In this document: piece after piece, positions 26,423 to 40,700 of the stretch
How the letters are laid out: every line of letters starts with the position of its first letter
How positions within the stretch are numbered: position 1 is the first letter of the stretch
From: Eledone cirrhosa
Taxonomy: Eukaryota
DNA: 64,000 nt
Assembly (NCBI GenBank): GCA_964016885.1
Contig: OZ024742.1
Location: 15,252,001-15,316,000 of the forward strand
Direction of reading: 5' to 3'
The notes under the pieces: model-generated
Told to the model about the DNA's origin: nothing
Databases searched by the model: none
Seen by the model: the letters and a program-made list of their open reading frames with translations, nothing else
Program-made: the position numbers and the translations under genes

Positions 26423-26920
26423 TACTGTTTAACGGTTGAGCGCTTACAAAATAGATGTAACTAATTTTGATTTCATATTCTGGTCATTACAATTTTGTTT
26501 CTAATTAGGCATGATCACTACACAATCCCATTTCCTATATCTAAGACTGAATGTATGCAAGAAATAATAATAATAATAATAATTGTTGTTGTTGCTATTC
26601 AGACTTTCACAAATGAATGGCTCTGTTTTGTTCTAGTTGCTATCATTGTTGTTGTTTTTTTTGTTATCACTGTTGCTGTTGTTTATTTTGTTGTCTATGT
26701 TTGCAATATTTTCTTTGGTCTTTGAAACTGTATTGTTTAAAGTAACAATATGTCTTTTTTCTCAAATGCTGAAATCCTTCAACATTTGTGCTTTAGTTGA
26801 AGGACTCTCTCTCTCTCTTTGCAATGTATTATTGCTCTGTCTCTTTTTAGATGCAGTATGCATATTTTTTATATCCATACTGTTGTTATCCTCCACCTCT
26901 TCTTCTTGAAACCTTTAACA

Positions 26921-27024
26921 TAATTGTTTCTACTTTTGGCACAAGGCCAGCAATTACCCAGTACATTACTGGTACTTTATTTTATCAACCCCGTAAGGAT
27001 GAAAGGCAAAGTTAACCTCGACGG
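26921..27024 (-). mobile_element. 5'-truncated SINE with TSD GAAACCTTTAACATAAT
   Basis: Reverse complement of the SINE 3' half; TSD at 26908-26924 and 27025-27041. Confidence 0.9.
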
Positions 27025-27058
27025 GAAACCTTTAACATAATGAAACAATATTATATCT

Positions 27059-27238
27059 GATTGGCAGTATCGGTAGAGGGTCGGACGCCATGCTTTGATG
27101 CATAGTTACGGCCCTTGCCATTTTGAGTTCAAATCCCGCCGAGGTTAACTTTGCCTTTCATCCTTACGGGGTCGATAAAATAAAGTACCAGTAATGCACT
27201 GGGTAATTGCTGGTCTTGTGCCAAAAGTCGAAACAATT
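27059..27238 (+). mobile_element. Young tRNA-derived SINE with TSD ATTATATCT
   Basis: A/B boxes; TSD at 27050-27058 and 27236-27244. Confidence 0.9.
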
Positions 27239-27364
27239 ATATCTATATAACATAAGCATCAACAGAGAAATATAGATATTATAAAATGTGGAACTTCTAT
27301 GGCTCCTGCTAGTAATTACCATTATTATTTAACCTTTCTTGTGTGGGATGTCTATTGACTGCAA

Positions 27365-27485
27365 ATTCAGACATTGAATTAGTTTATAGCTGGATACTCT
27401 CCTAACTTTTGACATCCTCTCATGATTCAGACATTGAATTAGTTTTCTAGCTGGATACTCTCTTTAACTTTTCACATCCTCTCAT
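27365..27485. repeat. ~60-bp tandem duplication
   Basis: ATTCAGACATTGAATTAGTTT...GCTGGATACTCT...ACATCCTCTCAT occurs twice. Confidence 0.9.
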
Positions 27486-28097
27486 CATTTAGTCGAATAT
27501 ATCTAAAATCAAGTTTGTTAATTCAAATGTTTATAGTGTCTTTTCTAGTGGACAGATTGTTGTGAATATTTTTCAGCACACTAAATGAAAGCCTTGAATT
27601 TTTAATGTGATGCAATCATAGTGTAGCTTTGTACTTTCAAGAGTGTCTCACTAATGTGGTTTCATTTGATATAAGACATTAAAAGTTAACTCTTCAACAG
27701 AGTTTGGTTTCAGTTCATTTGCTTTCTCTTAACTTTCTATTAGCTACATAGACTGAGGAATTAGATCAATTTATTCCTACCTAATGATGTAAAATGATGC
27801 TTGTGGCGGAGTTTTTTCTTAAACCAAAGAGTTCTATTGTTTACTCAATCACTGTGCCCCACGCACTTAAAGGCTATGTCTCTTCCCACCTCTATCGTAC
27901 TTACCACTCAACTTTCACTTGTTTAAAACTTAAAACCCTATGCCTTGCTACTAACCTACATCAATCAGCAACTTGGTATTTGTACCACCCACCCATCCAC
28001 CTCTTGCATGTAAATATCATAACAATACACACAGTACCATCATACCCACTGGTATTTACTCACCTCTGATGTCCAGTTATTATTTCTACCACAATAG

Positions 28098-28283
28098 GGC
28101 GGTGGATTGGCAGTATCGGTAGAGGGTCGGACGCCATGCTTTGACGCATAGAGTTACGTCCCTTGCCATTCTGAGTTCAAAGCCCGCCAAGGTTAACTTT
28201 GCCTTTCATCCTCATGGGGTCGATGAAATAAAGTACCAGTAATGCACTGGGTAATTGCTGGCCTTGTGCCAAAAGTAGAAACA
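28098..28283 (+). mobile_element. Young full-length tRNA-derived SINE with 19-bp TSD ATTATTTCTACCACAATAG
   Basis: GGCAGTATCGGTAGAG A-box and GAGTTCAAAGCC B-box; TSD at 28079-28097 and 28284-28302. Confidence 0.92.
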
Positions 28284-28290
28284 ATTATTT

Positions 28291-31200
28291 CTACCACAAT
28301 AGCTCTACCACTTTACCATTCTACCACTTTACCCCTGTACCACTTTACAGCTCTACCACTTTACCATTCTACCACTTTACAACTCTACCACTTTACAGCT
28401 CTACCACTTTACAACTCTACCACTTTACAACTCTACCACTTTACAACTCTACCACTTTACCATTCTACCACGCTACTACTTTACCATTCTACCACTTTAC
28501 CATTCTACCACTTTACCACTTTACAACTCTACCACTTTACCATTCTACCACTCTACCATTCTATCACTCTACCACTTTACCATTCTACCACTTTACCATT
28601 CTACCACTTTACCATTCTACCACTTTACCATTCTACCACTTTAGCATTCTACCACTCAACCACTTTACCATTCTACCACTTTACCATACTACCACCCTAC
28701 CACTTTACCACCCTACCATTCTACCACTCTACCACTGTATCTTTGTACCACTGTACCACTTTAACATTCTACCACTCTACCACTTTACCATTCTACTCCT
28801 CTACCACTCTACCACTCTACCACTTTACAACTCTACCACTTTACCATTCTACCACTCTACCATTCTATCACTCTACCACTTTACCATTCTACCACTTTAC
28901 CATTCTACCACTCTACCACTTTACAACTCTACCACTTTACTACCACTTTACAACTCTACCACTTTACCACTCTACCACTTTACAACTCTACCACTTTACC
29001 ACTCTACCACTTGGCCATTTTACCACTTGCCCATTCTACCACTTTACCACTCTACCATTGTACCACTTTACCACTCTACCACTTTACCATACTACCACCC
29101 TACCACTTTACCACCCTACCATTCTACCACTCTACCACTGTATCTTTGTACCACTGTACCACTTTAACATTCTACCACTCTACCACTTTACCATTCTACC
29201 CCTCTACCACCCTACCACTTAACCACCCTACCACTTTACAACTCTACCACTTTACTTCCCTACCACTTTACAACTCTACCACTTTACTACCCTACCACTT
29301 TACAACTCTACTACTTTACTACCCTACCACTTTACTACCCTACCACTTAACCACTCTACCACTTTACAACTCTACCACTTTACAACTCTACCACTTTACT
29401 ACCCTACCACTTTACAACTCTACCACTTTACCACTCTACCACTTTACTACCCTACCACTTTACCACTCTACCACTTTAGTACCTTACCACTTTACCACTC
29501 TACCACTTTACTACCCTACCACTTTACAACTCTACCACTTTACTACCCTACCACTTTACCACTCTACCACTTTAGTACCTTACCACTTTACCACTCTACC
29601 ACTTTACTACCCTACCACTTTACAACTCTACCACTTTACCACTCTACCACTTTACTACCCTACCATTTTACAACTCTACCACTTTACTACCCTACCACTT
29701 TACCACTCTACCACTTTAGTACCTTACCACTTTACCACTCTACCACTTTACTACCCTACCACTTTACAACTCTACCACTTTACTACCCTACCACTTTAGT
29801 ACCTTACCACTTTACCACTCTACCACTTTACTACCCTACCACTTTACTACCCTACCTTTTTACCACTCTACCACTTTACTACCCTACCACTTTACCACTC
29901 TACCACTTTACTACCCTACCACTTTACCACTCTACCACTTTACTACCCTACCACTTTACTACCCTACCACTTTACCTCTCTACCACTTTACAACTCTACC
30001 ACTTTACTTCCATACCACTTTACAACTCTACCACTTTACTACCCTACCACTTTACCACTCTACCACTTTACTACCCTACCACTTTACCACCCTACCACTT
30101 TACCACTCTACCACTTTACTACCCTACAACTTTACAACTCTACCACTTTACCACTCTACTACCCTACCACTTTACTACCCTACCACTTTACTACCCTACC
30201 ACTTAACCACTCTACAACTTTACAACTCTACCACTTTACTACCCTACCACTTTACAACTCTACCACTTTACTACCCTACCACTTTACCACTCTACCACCC
30301 TACAATTTTACTACCCTACCACTTTACTACCCTACCACTTTACCTCTACCACTTTACAACTCTACCACTTTACTACCCTACCACTTTACCACCCTACCAC
30401 TTTACAACTCTACCACTTTACTACCCTACCTTTTACCTCTCTACCACTTTACAACTCTAGCACTTGCCCATTCTACCACTTGCCCATTCTACCACTTTAC
30501 CATTCTACCACTCTACCACTTTACCACTCTACCACTTTACTACTGTACCACTTTACCATTCTACCACCCTACCACTTTACCATTCTACCACTCTACCACT
30601 ATCTTTGTACCACTGTACCACTTTAACATTCTACTACACTACCATTCTACCACTCTACCACTCTACCATTCTACTACTCTACCACTGTACCACCCTACCA
30701 CTCTACCACTTTACAACTCTACCACTTTACTTCCCTACCACTTTACTTCCCTACCACTTTACAACTCTACCACTTTACAACTCTACCACTTTACCACCCT
30801 ACCACTTTACAACTCTACCACTTTACTACCCTACCTTTTACCACTCTACCACTTGCCCATTCTACCACTTGCCCATTCTACCACATTACCACTCTACCAC
30901 TCTACCACTGTACCACTTTACCATTCTACCACCCTACCATTTAACCACTCTACCACTTTACTACCCTACCACTTTACTACCCTACCACTTTATCTCTCTA
31001 CCACTTTACCTCTCAACCACTTTACCACTCTACCACTTTACTACCCCACCACTTTACCACTCTACCACTCTACCACTTTACTACCCTACCATTTTACCAC
31101 TCTACCACTTTACTACCCTACCACTTTACCACTCTACCACTTTACTACCCTACCACTTTACCACTCTACCACTTTACTACCCTACCACTTTACTACCCTA

Positions 31201-34200
31201 CCACTTTACTACCCTACCACTTTACCACTCTACCACTTTACTACCCTACCACTTTACCACTCTACCAGTTTACTACCCGACCACTTTACCTCTCGACCAC
31301 TTTACTACCCTACCACTTTACCACTCTACCACTTTACTACCCTACCACTTTACCACTCTACCACTTTACTACCCTACCACTTTACTACCCTACCACTTTA
31401 CCTCTCTACCACTTTACAACTCTACCACTTTACTACCCTACCACTTTACAATTCTACCACTTTACTACCCTACCACTTTACCACTTTACTACCCTACCAC
31501 TTTACCACTCTACCACTTTACTACCCTACCACTTTACAACTCTACCACTTTACTACCCTACCATTTACCACTCTACTACCCTACCACTTTACTACCCTAC
31601 CACTTTACTACCCTACCACTTTACCTCTCTACCACTTTACTACTCTACCACTTTACTACCCTACCACTTTACAATTCTACCACTTTACTACCCTACCACT
31701 TTACCACTTTACTACTCTACAACTTTACAACTCTACCACTTTACTACCCTACCACTTTACCACTCTACCACTTTACTACCCTACCACTTTACTACCCTAC
31801 CACTTTACCACTCTACCACTTTACCACCCTACCACTTTACAACTCTACCACTTTACTACCCTACCTTTTACCTCTCTACCACTTTACAACTCTAGCACTT
31901 GCCCATTCTACCACTTGCCCATTCTACCACTTTACCATTCTACCACCCTACCACTTTACCATTCTACCACTCTACCACTATGTTTGTACCACTGTACCAC
32001 TTTAACATTCTACCACTTTACCATTCTACCACTCTACCACTCTACCACTCTACTACTCTACCACTGTACCACCCTACCACTCTACCACTTTACCACTTTA
32101 CAACTCTACCACTTTACTTCCCTACCACTTTACTTCCCTACAACTTTACAACTCTACCACTTTACAACTCTACCACTTTACCACCCTACCACTTTACAAC
32201 TCTACCACTTTACTACCCTACCTTTTACCACTCTACCACTTGCCCATTCTACCACTTGCCCATTCTACCACATTACCACTCTACCACTCTACCACTGTAC
32301 CACTTTACCATTCCCACCACCCTACCACTTAACCACTCTACCACTTTACTACCCTACCACTTTACCACTACCACTTTAATACCCTACCACTTTACTACCC
32401 TACCACTTTACTACCCTACCACTTTACTACCCTACCACTTTACCACTCTACCACTTTACTACCCTACCACTTTACCACTCTACCACTTTACTTCCTTACC
32501 ACTTTACAACTCTACCACTTTACTACCCTACCACTTTACCACTCTACCACTTTACTACCCTACCACTTTACTACCCTACCACTTTACCACTCTACCACTT
32601 TACTTCCTTACCACTTTACAACTCTACCACTTTACTACCCTACCACTTTACCACTCTACCACTTTACTACCCTACCACTTTACTACCCTACCACTTTACC
32701 ACTCTACCACTTTACTGCCTTACCACTTTACAACTCTACCACTTTACTACCCTACCACTTTACTACCCTACCACTTTACAATTCTACCACTTTACTACCC
32801 TACCACTTTACCACTCTACCACTTTACTACTTTACCACTTTACCACTCTACCACTTTACTACCCTACCACTTTACAACTCTACCACTTTACTACCCTACC
32901 ACTTTACCACTCTACTACCCTACCACTTTACTACCCTACCACTTAACCACTCTACAACTTTACAACTCTACCACTTTACTACCCTACCACTTTACAGTTC
33001 TACCACTTTACTACCCTACCACTTTACCACTCTACCACCCTACAATTTTACTACCCTACCACTTTACTACCCTACCACTTTACCTCTACCACTTTACAAC
33101 TCTACCACTTTACTACCCTACCACTTTGCCACTCTACCACTTTACCACCCTACCACTTTACAACTCTACCACTTTACTACCCTACCTTTTACCTCTCTAC
33201 CACTTTACAACTCTAGCACTTGCCCATTCTACCACTTGCCCATTCTACCACTTTACCATTCTACCACTCTACCACTTTACCACTCTACCACTTTATTACT
33301 GTACCACTTTACCATTCTACCACCCTACCACTTTACCATTCTACCACTCTACCACTATCTTTGTACCACTGTACCACTTTAACATTCTACCACTTTACCA
33401 TTCTACCACTCTACTACTCTACCACTGTACCACCCTACCACTCTACCACTTTACCACTTTACAACTCTACCACTTTACCACTCTACCACTTTACTTCCCT
33501 ACCACTTTACAACTCTACCACTTTACAACTCTACCACTTTACAACTCTACCACTTTACTTCCCTACCATTTTACTACCCTACCACTTTACTACCCTACCA
33601 CTTAACTACCCTACCATTTTATCACTCTACCACTTTACTACCCTACCACTTTACTTCCCTACTACTTTACCACTCTACCACTTTACTACCCTACCACTTT
33701 ACTACCCTACCACTTTACTACCCTACCACTTTACTACCCTACCACTTTACTACCCTACCACTTTACTACCCTACCACTTTACCTCTCTACCACTTTACCT
33801 CTCAACCACTTTACCACTCTACCACCCCACCACTTTACCACTCTACCACTCTACCACTTTACTACCCTACCACTTTACCACTCTACCACTTTACTACCCT
33901 ACCACTTTACCACTCTACCACTTTACTACCCTACCACTTTACCACTCTACCACTTTACTACCCTACCACTTTACTACCCTACCACTTTACTACCCTACCA
34001 CTTTACCACTCTACCACTTTACTACCCTACCACTTTACCACTCTACCAGTTTACTACCCGACCACTTTACCTCTCTACCACTTTACTACCCTACCACTTA
34101 CCCACTCTACCACTTTACTACCCTACCACTTTACCACTCTACCACTTTACTAACCTATCACTTTACTACCCTACCACTTTACTACCCTACCACGTTACTA

Positions 34201-34420
34201 CCCTACCACTTTACTACCCTACCACTTTACTACCCTACCACTTTACCACCCTACCACTTTACTACCCTACCACTTTACAACTCTACCACTTTACTACCCT
34301 ACCACTTTACAACTCTACCACTTTACTACCCTACCACTTTACAACTCTACCACTTTACTACCCTACCACTTTACAACTCTACCACTTTACTACCCTACCG
34401 CTTTACCACTCAACCACTCT
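28291..34420. repeat. 8-bp/16-bp satellite (TACCACTT/TACCACTC/TACTACCC), with 1.3-1.4 kb higher-order blocks
   Basis: Octamer periodicity; variant marker CTAGCACTTGCCCATTC at ~30457, ~31892 and ~33213. Confidence 0.98.
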
Positions 34421-34479
34421 AATCACACTCATCAATTTCACAACCACTCAAGCACCATACTTCTATTGTGAAGGGACTC

Positions 34480-34712
34480 GACACAAACATGCAGCCGTCA
34501 CTTCACTAAAATTCTGCCATCACTCCACACAAACTCTGTCATCAATCCACACAAACTCTGCTGTCACTCCACACAAGCTCTGTCATCATTCCACACAAAC
34601 TCTGCCGTCACTCCACACCAGCTCTGTGGTCACTCCACTCAAACATGCAGCTGTCACTCCACACAAACTCTGTCATCACTCCACTCAAACATGCAGCTGT
34701 CACTCCACACAT
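34480..34712. repeat. 22-24 bp minisatellite (CCACACAAACTCTGTCATCACT), ~10 copies
   Basis: Degenerate tandem copies lying between the two large satellites. Confidence 0.85.
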
Positions 34713-34789
34713 ACTTTGCTTCCACATTCACTGATCTCTAACTAAGTTCTGTACCTTTTTTTAATTTGCCAAGTCACATGATTCTCCAC

Positions 34790-37700
34790 CAGCACAGCAC
34801 CACTACTGCACAACAAAGCACCACTACCGTACAAACTGCACAACAAAGCACCACTACTGTACAAACTGCACAACACACCACCACTACTGTACAAACTGCA
34901 CAACACAGCACCACTACTGTACAAACTGAACAACACAGCACCACTACTGTACTAACTGCACAACACAACACCACTACTGTACAAACTGCACAACACACCA
35001 CCACCACCGTATTAACTGCACACCACTACTGTACAAACTGCACAACATAGCACCACTACTGTACAAACTACACAACACCACCACCACCGTACTAACTGCA
35101 CACCACTACTGAACAAACTGCACAACACAACACCACTACTGTACAAACTGCACAACAGAACACCACTATCGTACAAACTACACAACACACCACCACCACC
35201 ACTAGTGTACAAACTGCACAACACAACACCACTACTGTACAAACTGCACAACACAAGACCACTACTGTGCAAACTGCACACCACTACTGTACAAACTGCA
35301 CACCTCTACTGCACAAACTGCACAACACAACACCACTACTGTACAAACTGCACAACACGATACCACTACTATGCAAACTGCACACCACTACTGTACAAAC
35401 TGCACAACACAACACCACTACTGTGCAAACTCCACACCACTACTGTACTAACTGCACAAGACAATAGCACTACTGTACAAACTGCACACCACAACACCAC
35501 TACTGTGCAAACTGCCCAACACAACACCACTACTGTACAAACTGCACAACACAACACCACTACTGTGCAAACTGCACATCACTACTGTACAAACTGCACA
35601 ACACAAGACCACTACTGTGCAAACTGCCCAACACAACACCACTACTGTACAAACTGCACAAGACACCACGACTACTGTACAAACTGCACAACACAACACA
35701 ATTACTGTACAAACTGCACAACACAACACCACTACTGTACAAACTGCACTGCACAACACACCACTACTGTACAAATTGCACAACACAACACCACTACTGT
35801 ATAAACTGCATAATGCAACACCATTACTGTACAAACTGCACACGAATACTGTACAAACAACACAACACCACTACTGTACTAACTGCACAACACAACACCA
35901 CTACTGTACAAACTGCACAACACAACACCACTACTGTACAAACTGAACAACACAACACCACTACTGTACAAACTGCGCACCTCTACTGTGCAAACTGCAC
36001 AACACAACACCACTACTGTGCAAACTGCACACCACTACTGTACAAACTGCACAACACAATAGCACTACTGTACAAACTGCACAACACAACACCACTACTG
36101 TGCAAACTCCACACCACTACTGTACTAACTGCACAACACAACAACACTACTGTACAAACTGCATACCACTACTGTACGAACTGCACAACACAGCACCACT
36201 ACTGTACAAACTGCACAACACAGCACCTCTACTGTACTAACTGCACAACACAACACCACTAATGTACAAAGTGCAAACAACTACTGTAGAAACTGCACAA
36301 CACAACACCACTACTGCACAAACTGCACAACACAACACTAGTGTACAAACTGCACAACACAAAACCACTACTGTACAAACTGCACAACACAACTCCACTA
36401 CTGTACAAACTGCAAAACAACACCACTACTGTACAAACTGCACTGCACAACACAACACCACACCACTACTGTACAAACTGCCCAACACAACACCACTACT
36501 GTGCAAACTGCACAATGCAGCACCACTACTGTACAAACTGCCCAACACAACACCACTACTGTACAAACTGCACAACACAACACCACTACTGTACAAACTG
36601 CACAACACAAGACCACTACTGTGAATACTGCACAACACAACACCACTACTGTACAAACTGCACAACACACCATGACTACTGTACAAACTGCACAACACAA
36701 CACCATTACTGTACAAACTGCACAACACAACACCACTACACCTCTACTGTACAAACTGGACAACACACTACTACTGTACAAACTGCACAACACAACACCA
36801 CTACTGTACAAACTGCACAACACACAACCACTACTGTACAAACTGCACAACACACAACCACTACTGTACAAACTGCACAACACAACACCACTACTGTGCA
36901 AACTGCACACCACTACTGTACAAACTGCACAACACAACACCACTACTGTACAAACTGCACAACACATAACCACTACTGTACAAACTGCATAACACAACAC
37001 CACTACTGTAGAAACTGCACAACACATAACCACTACTGTAGAAACTGCACAACACAACACCACTACTGTAGAAACTGCACAATATATAACCACTACTGTA
37101 CAAACTGCACTGCACAACACAACTACTGTAGAAACTGCACAATACATAACCACTACTGTAGAAACTGCACAACACAACACCACTTCTGTACAAACTGAAC
37201 AACACAACACCACTACTGTACAAACTGCACACCTCTACTGTGCAAACTGCATCACACAACACCACTACTGTACAAATTGCACACCTCTACCGTGCAAACT
37301 GCACAGCACAACACCACTACTGTACAAACTGCACAACACAACACCACTACTGTACAAACTGCACAACACAACACTACTACTGTTCAAACTGCACAACACA
37401 CCACGACTACTGTACAAACTGCACAACACAACACCATTACTGTACAAACTGCACAACACAACACCACTACACCACTACTGTACAAACTGCACAACACAAC
37501 ACCACTACTGTATAACCTGCACAATGCAGCACCACTACTGTACAAACTGCACACGAATACTGTACAAACTGCACACGAATACTTTACAAACTGCACACGA
37601 ATACTGTACAAACTGCACAACACAACACCACTACTGTGCAAACTGCACACCACTAGTGTACAAACTGCACAACACAACACCACTACTGTACAAACTGCAC

Positions 37701-40700
37701 AACACAACACCACTACTGTACAAACTGCACACCTCTACTGTGCAAACTGCATCACACACACCACGACTGTACAAACTGCACACCTCTACTGTGCAAGCTA
37801 CGCAGCACAACACCACTACTGTACAAACTGCACAACACAATAGCACTACTGTACAAACTGCACAACACAACACCACTACTGTGCAAACTCCACACCACTA
37901 CTGTACTAACTGCACAACACAACACCACTACTGTGCAAACTACACACCACTACTGTACAAACTGCACAACACAATAGCACTACTGTACAAACTGCACACC
38001 ACTACTGTACAAACTGGACAACACAACTCCACTACTGTACAAACTACACAACACCACTACTGTGCAAACTGCCCAACACAACACCACTATTGTACAAACT
38101 GCACAACACAACACCACTACTGTGCAAACTGCCCAACACAACACCACTACTGTACAAACTGCACAACACAACACCACTACTGTGCAAACTGCCCAACACA
38201 ACACTACTACTGTGCAAACTGCCCAACACAACACCACTACTGTACAAACTGCACAACACATAACCACTACTGTACAAACTGAACAACACAACACCACTAC
38301 TGTACAAAGTGCACAACACAGCACCACTACTGTACAAACTGCACACCACTACTGTACAAACTGCACAACACAACACCACTACTGTACAAACTGCACAACA
38401 CAACACCTTTACTGTACAAACTGCATAACACAGCACCACTACTGTACAAACTACACAACACACCACGACCACCGTACTAACTGCACAACACAACACCACT
38501 ACTCTACAAACTGCACAACACAGCACCAATACTGTACAAACTGCACACGACTACTGTACAAACTGCACACACAACACCACTACCGTACAAATTGCACTGC
38601 ACAACACAACACCACTACTGTACAAACTGCACACCTCTACTGTGCAAACTGCACAACACAATACCACTACTGTGCAAACTGCACACCACTACTGTACAAA
38701 CTGCACAACACAATAGCACTACTGTACTAACTGCACAACACAACACCACTACTGTGCAAACTGCACACCACTACTGTACAAACTGCACACCTCTACTGTA
38801 CAAACTGCACAACACAACACCACTACTGTGCAAACTGCACACCACTACTGTACAAACTGCACACCTCTACTGTGCAAACTGCACAACACAACACCTCTAC
38901 TGTGCAAACTGCACAACACAATACCACTACTGTGCAAACTGCACACCACTACTGTACAAACTGCACACCTCTACTGTGCAAACTGCACAACACAATACCA
39001 CTACTGTGCAAACTGCACACCCCTACTGTACAAACTGCACAACACAATAGCACTACTGTACAAACTGCACAACACAATACCACTACTGTGCAAACTGCAC
39101 ACCACTACTGTACAAACTGCACACCTCTACTGTGCAAACTGCACAACACAACACCACTACTGTGCAAACTGCACACCACTACTGTACAAACTCCACACCA
39201 CTGCTGTACTAACTGCACAACACAACACCACTACTGTGCAAACTGCACACCAATACTGTGCAAACTTCACACCACTACTGTACAAACTGCACAACACAAT
39301 AGCACTACTGTACAAACTGAACACCACTACTGTACAAACTGTACAAACTGCACAACACAACACTACTGTATAAACTGCACAATGCAGCACCACTACTGTA
39401 CAAAGTGCACACGAATACTGTACAAACTGAACACCACTACTGTACAAACTGCACAACACAACACCACTACTGTACAAACTGCACAACACATAACCACTAC
39501 TGTACAAACTGCACAACACAACACCACTACTGTGCAAACTGCACACCACTACTGTACAAACTGCACAACACAACACCACTACTGTACAAACTGCACAACA
39601 CAACACCACTACTGTACAAACTGCACAACACAACACCACTACTGTACAAACTGCACAACACAACACCAGTACTGTACAAACGGCACACCTCTACTGTGCA
39701 AACTGCATCATACAACACCACTACTGTACAAACTGCACACCTCTACTGTGCAAACTGCACAGCACAACATCACTACTGTACAACCTGCACACCACTACTG
39801 TACAAACTGCACAACACAACACCACTACTGTGCAAACTGCACACCACTACTGTACAAACTGCACACCTCTACTGCACAAACTGCACAACACAACACCACT
39901 ACTGTACAAAATGCCCAGCACAACAGCACTACTGTACAAACCGCACAACACAACATCACTACTGTGCAAACTGCACACCACTACTGTACAGTACAAACTG
40001 CACAACACAATAGCACTACTGTACAAACTGCACACCACTACTGTACAAACTGCACAACACAACACCACTACTGTACAAACTGCACTGCACAACACAAAAC
40101 GACTACTGAACAAACTGCACAACTCAACACCACTACCTATACAAACTGCACAACACTACACCACTACTGTACAAACTGCACTGCACAACACAACACCACT
40201 ACTGTATAAACTGCACAATGCAGCACCACTACTGTACAAACTGCACATGACTACTGTACAAACTGCACAACACAACTACTGTACAAACTGCACAACACAT
40301 AACCACTACTGTACAAACTACAGAACACAACACCACTACTGTACAAACTGCACATGACTACTGTACAAACTGCACAACACAACTACTGTACAAACTGCAC
40401 AACACATAACCACTACTGTACAAACTACAGAACACAACACCACTACTGTACAAACTACACACGACTACTGTAAAAAGTGCACAACACAGCACCCCTACTG
40501 TACAAACTACACAACACAACACCACCACCGTACTAACTGCACAACACTACTGTACAAACTGCACAACACCACTACTGTACAAACTACACAACACACCACC
40601 ACCACCGTACTAACTGCACACCACTACTTTACAAACTGCACAACACAACACCACTACTGTACAAGCTGCACAACACAGCACCAATACTGTACAAACTGCA

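Noticed and set aside
19818-28283. tRNA genes suggested by A/B boxes
   Set aside because: The boxes belong to SINE heads followed by SINE body, tail and TSDs; no complete cloverleaf seen
28291-34420. Telomeric repeat
   Set aside because: Units are variable octamers, not (CCCTAA)n, and the array is internal
28242-34422. Long TTLPLYHF-repeat ORFs (up to 568 aa)
   Set aside because: Open in several frames because the octamer satellite lacks stop codons; no splice or start context
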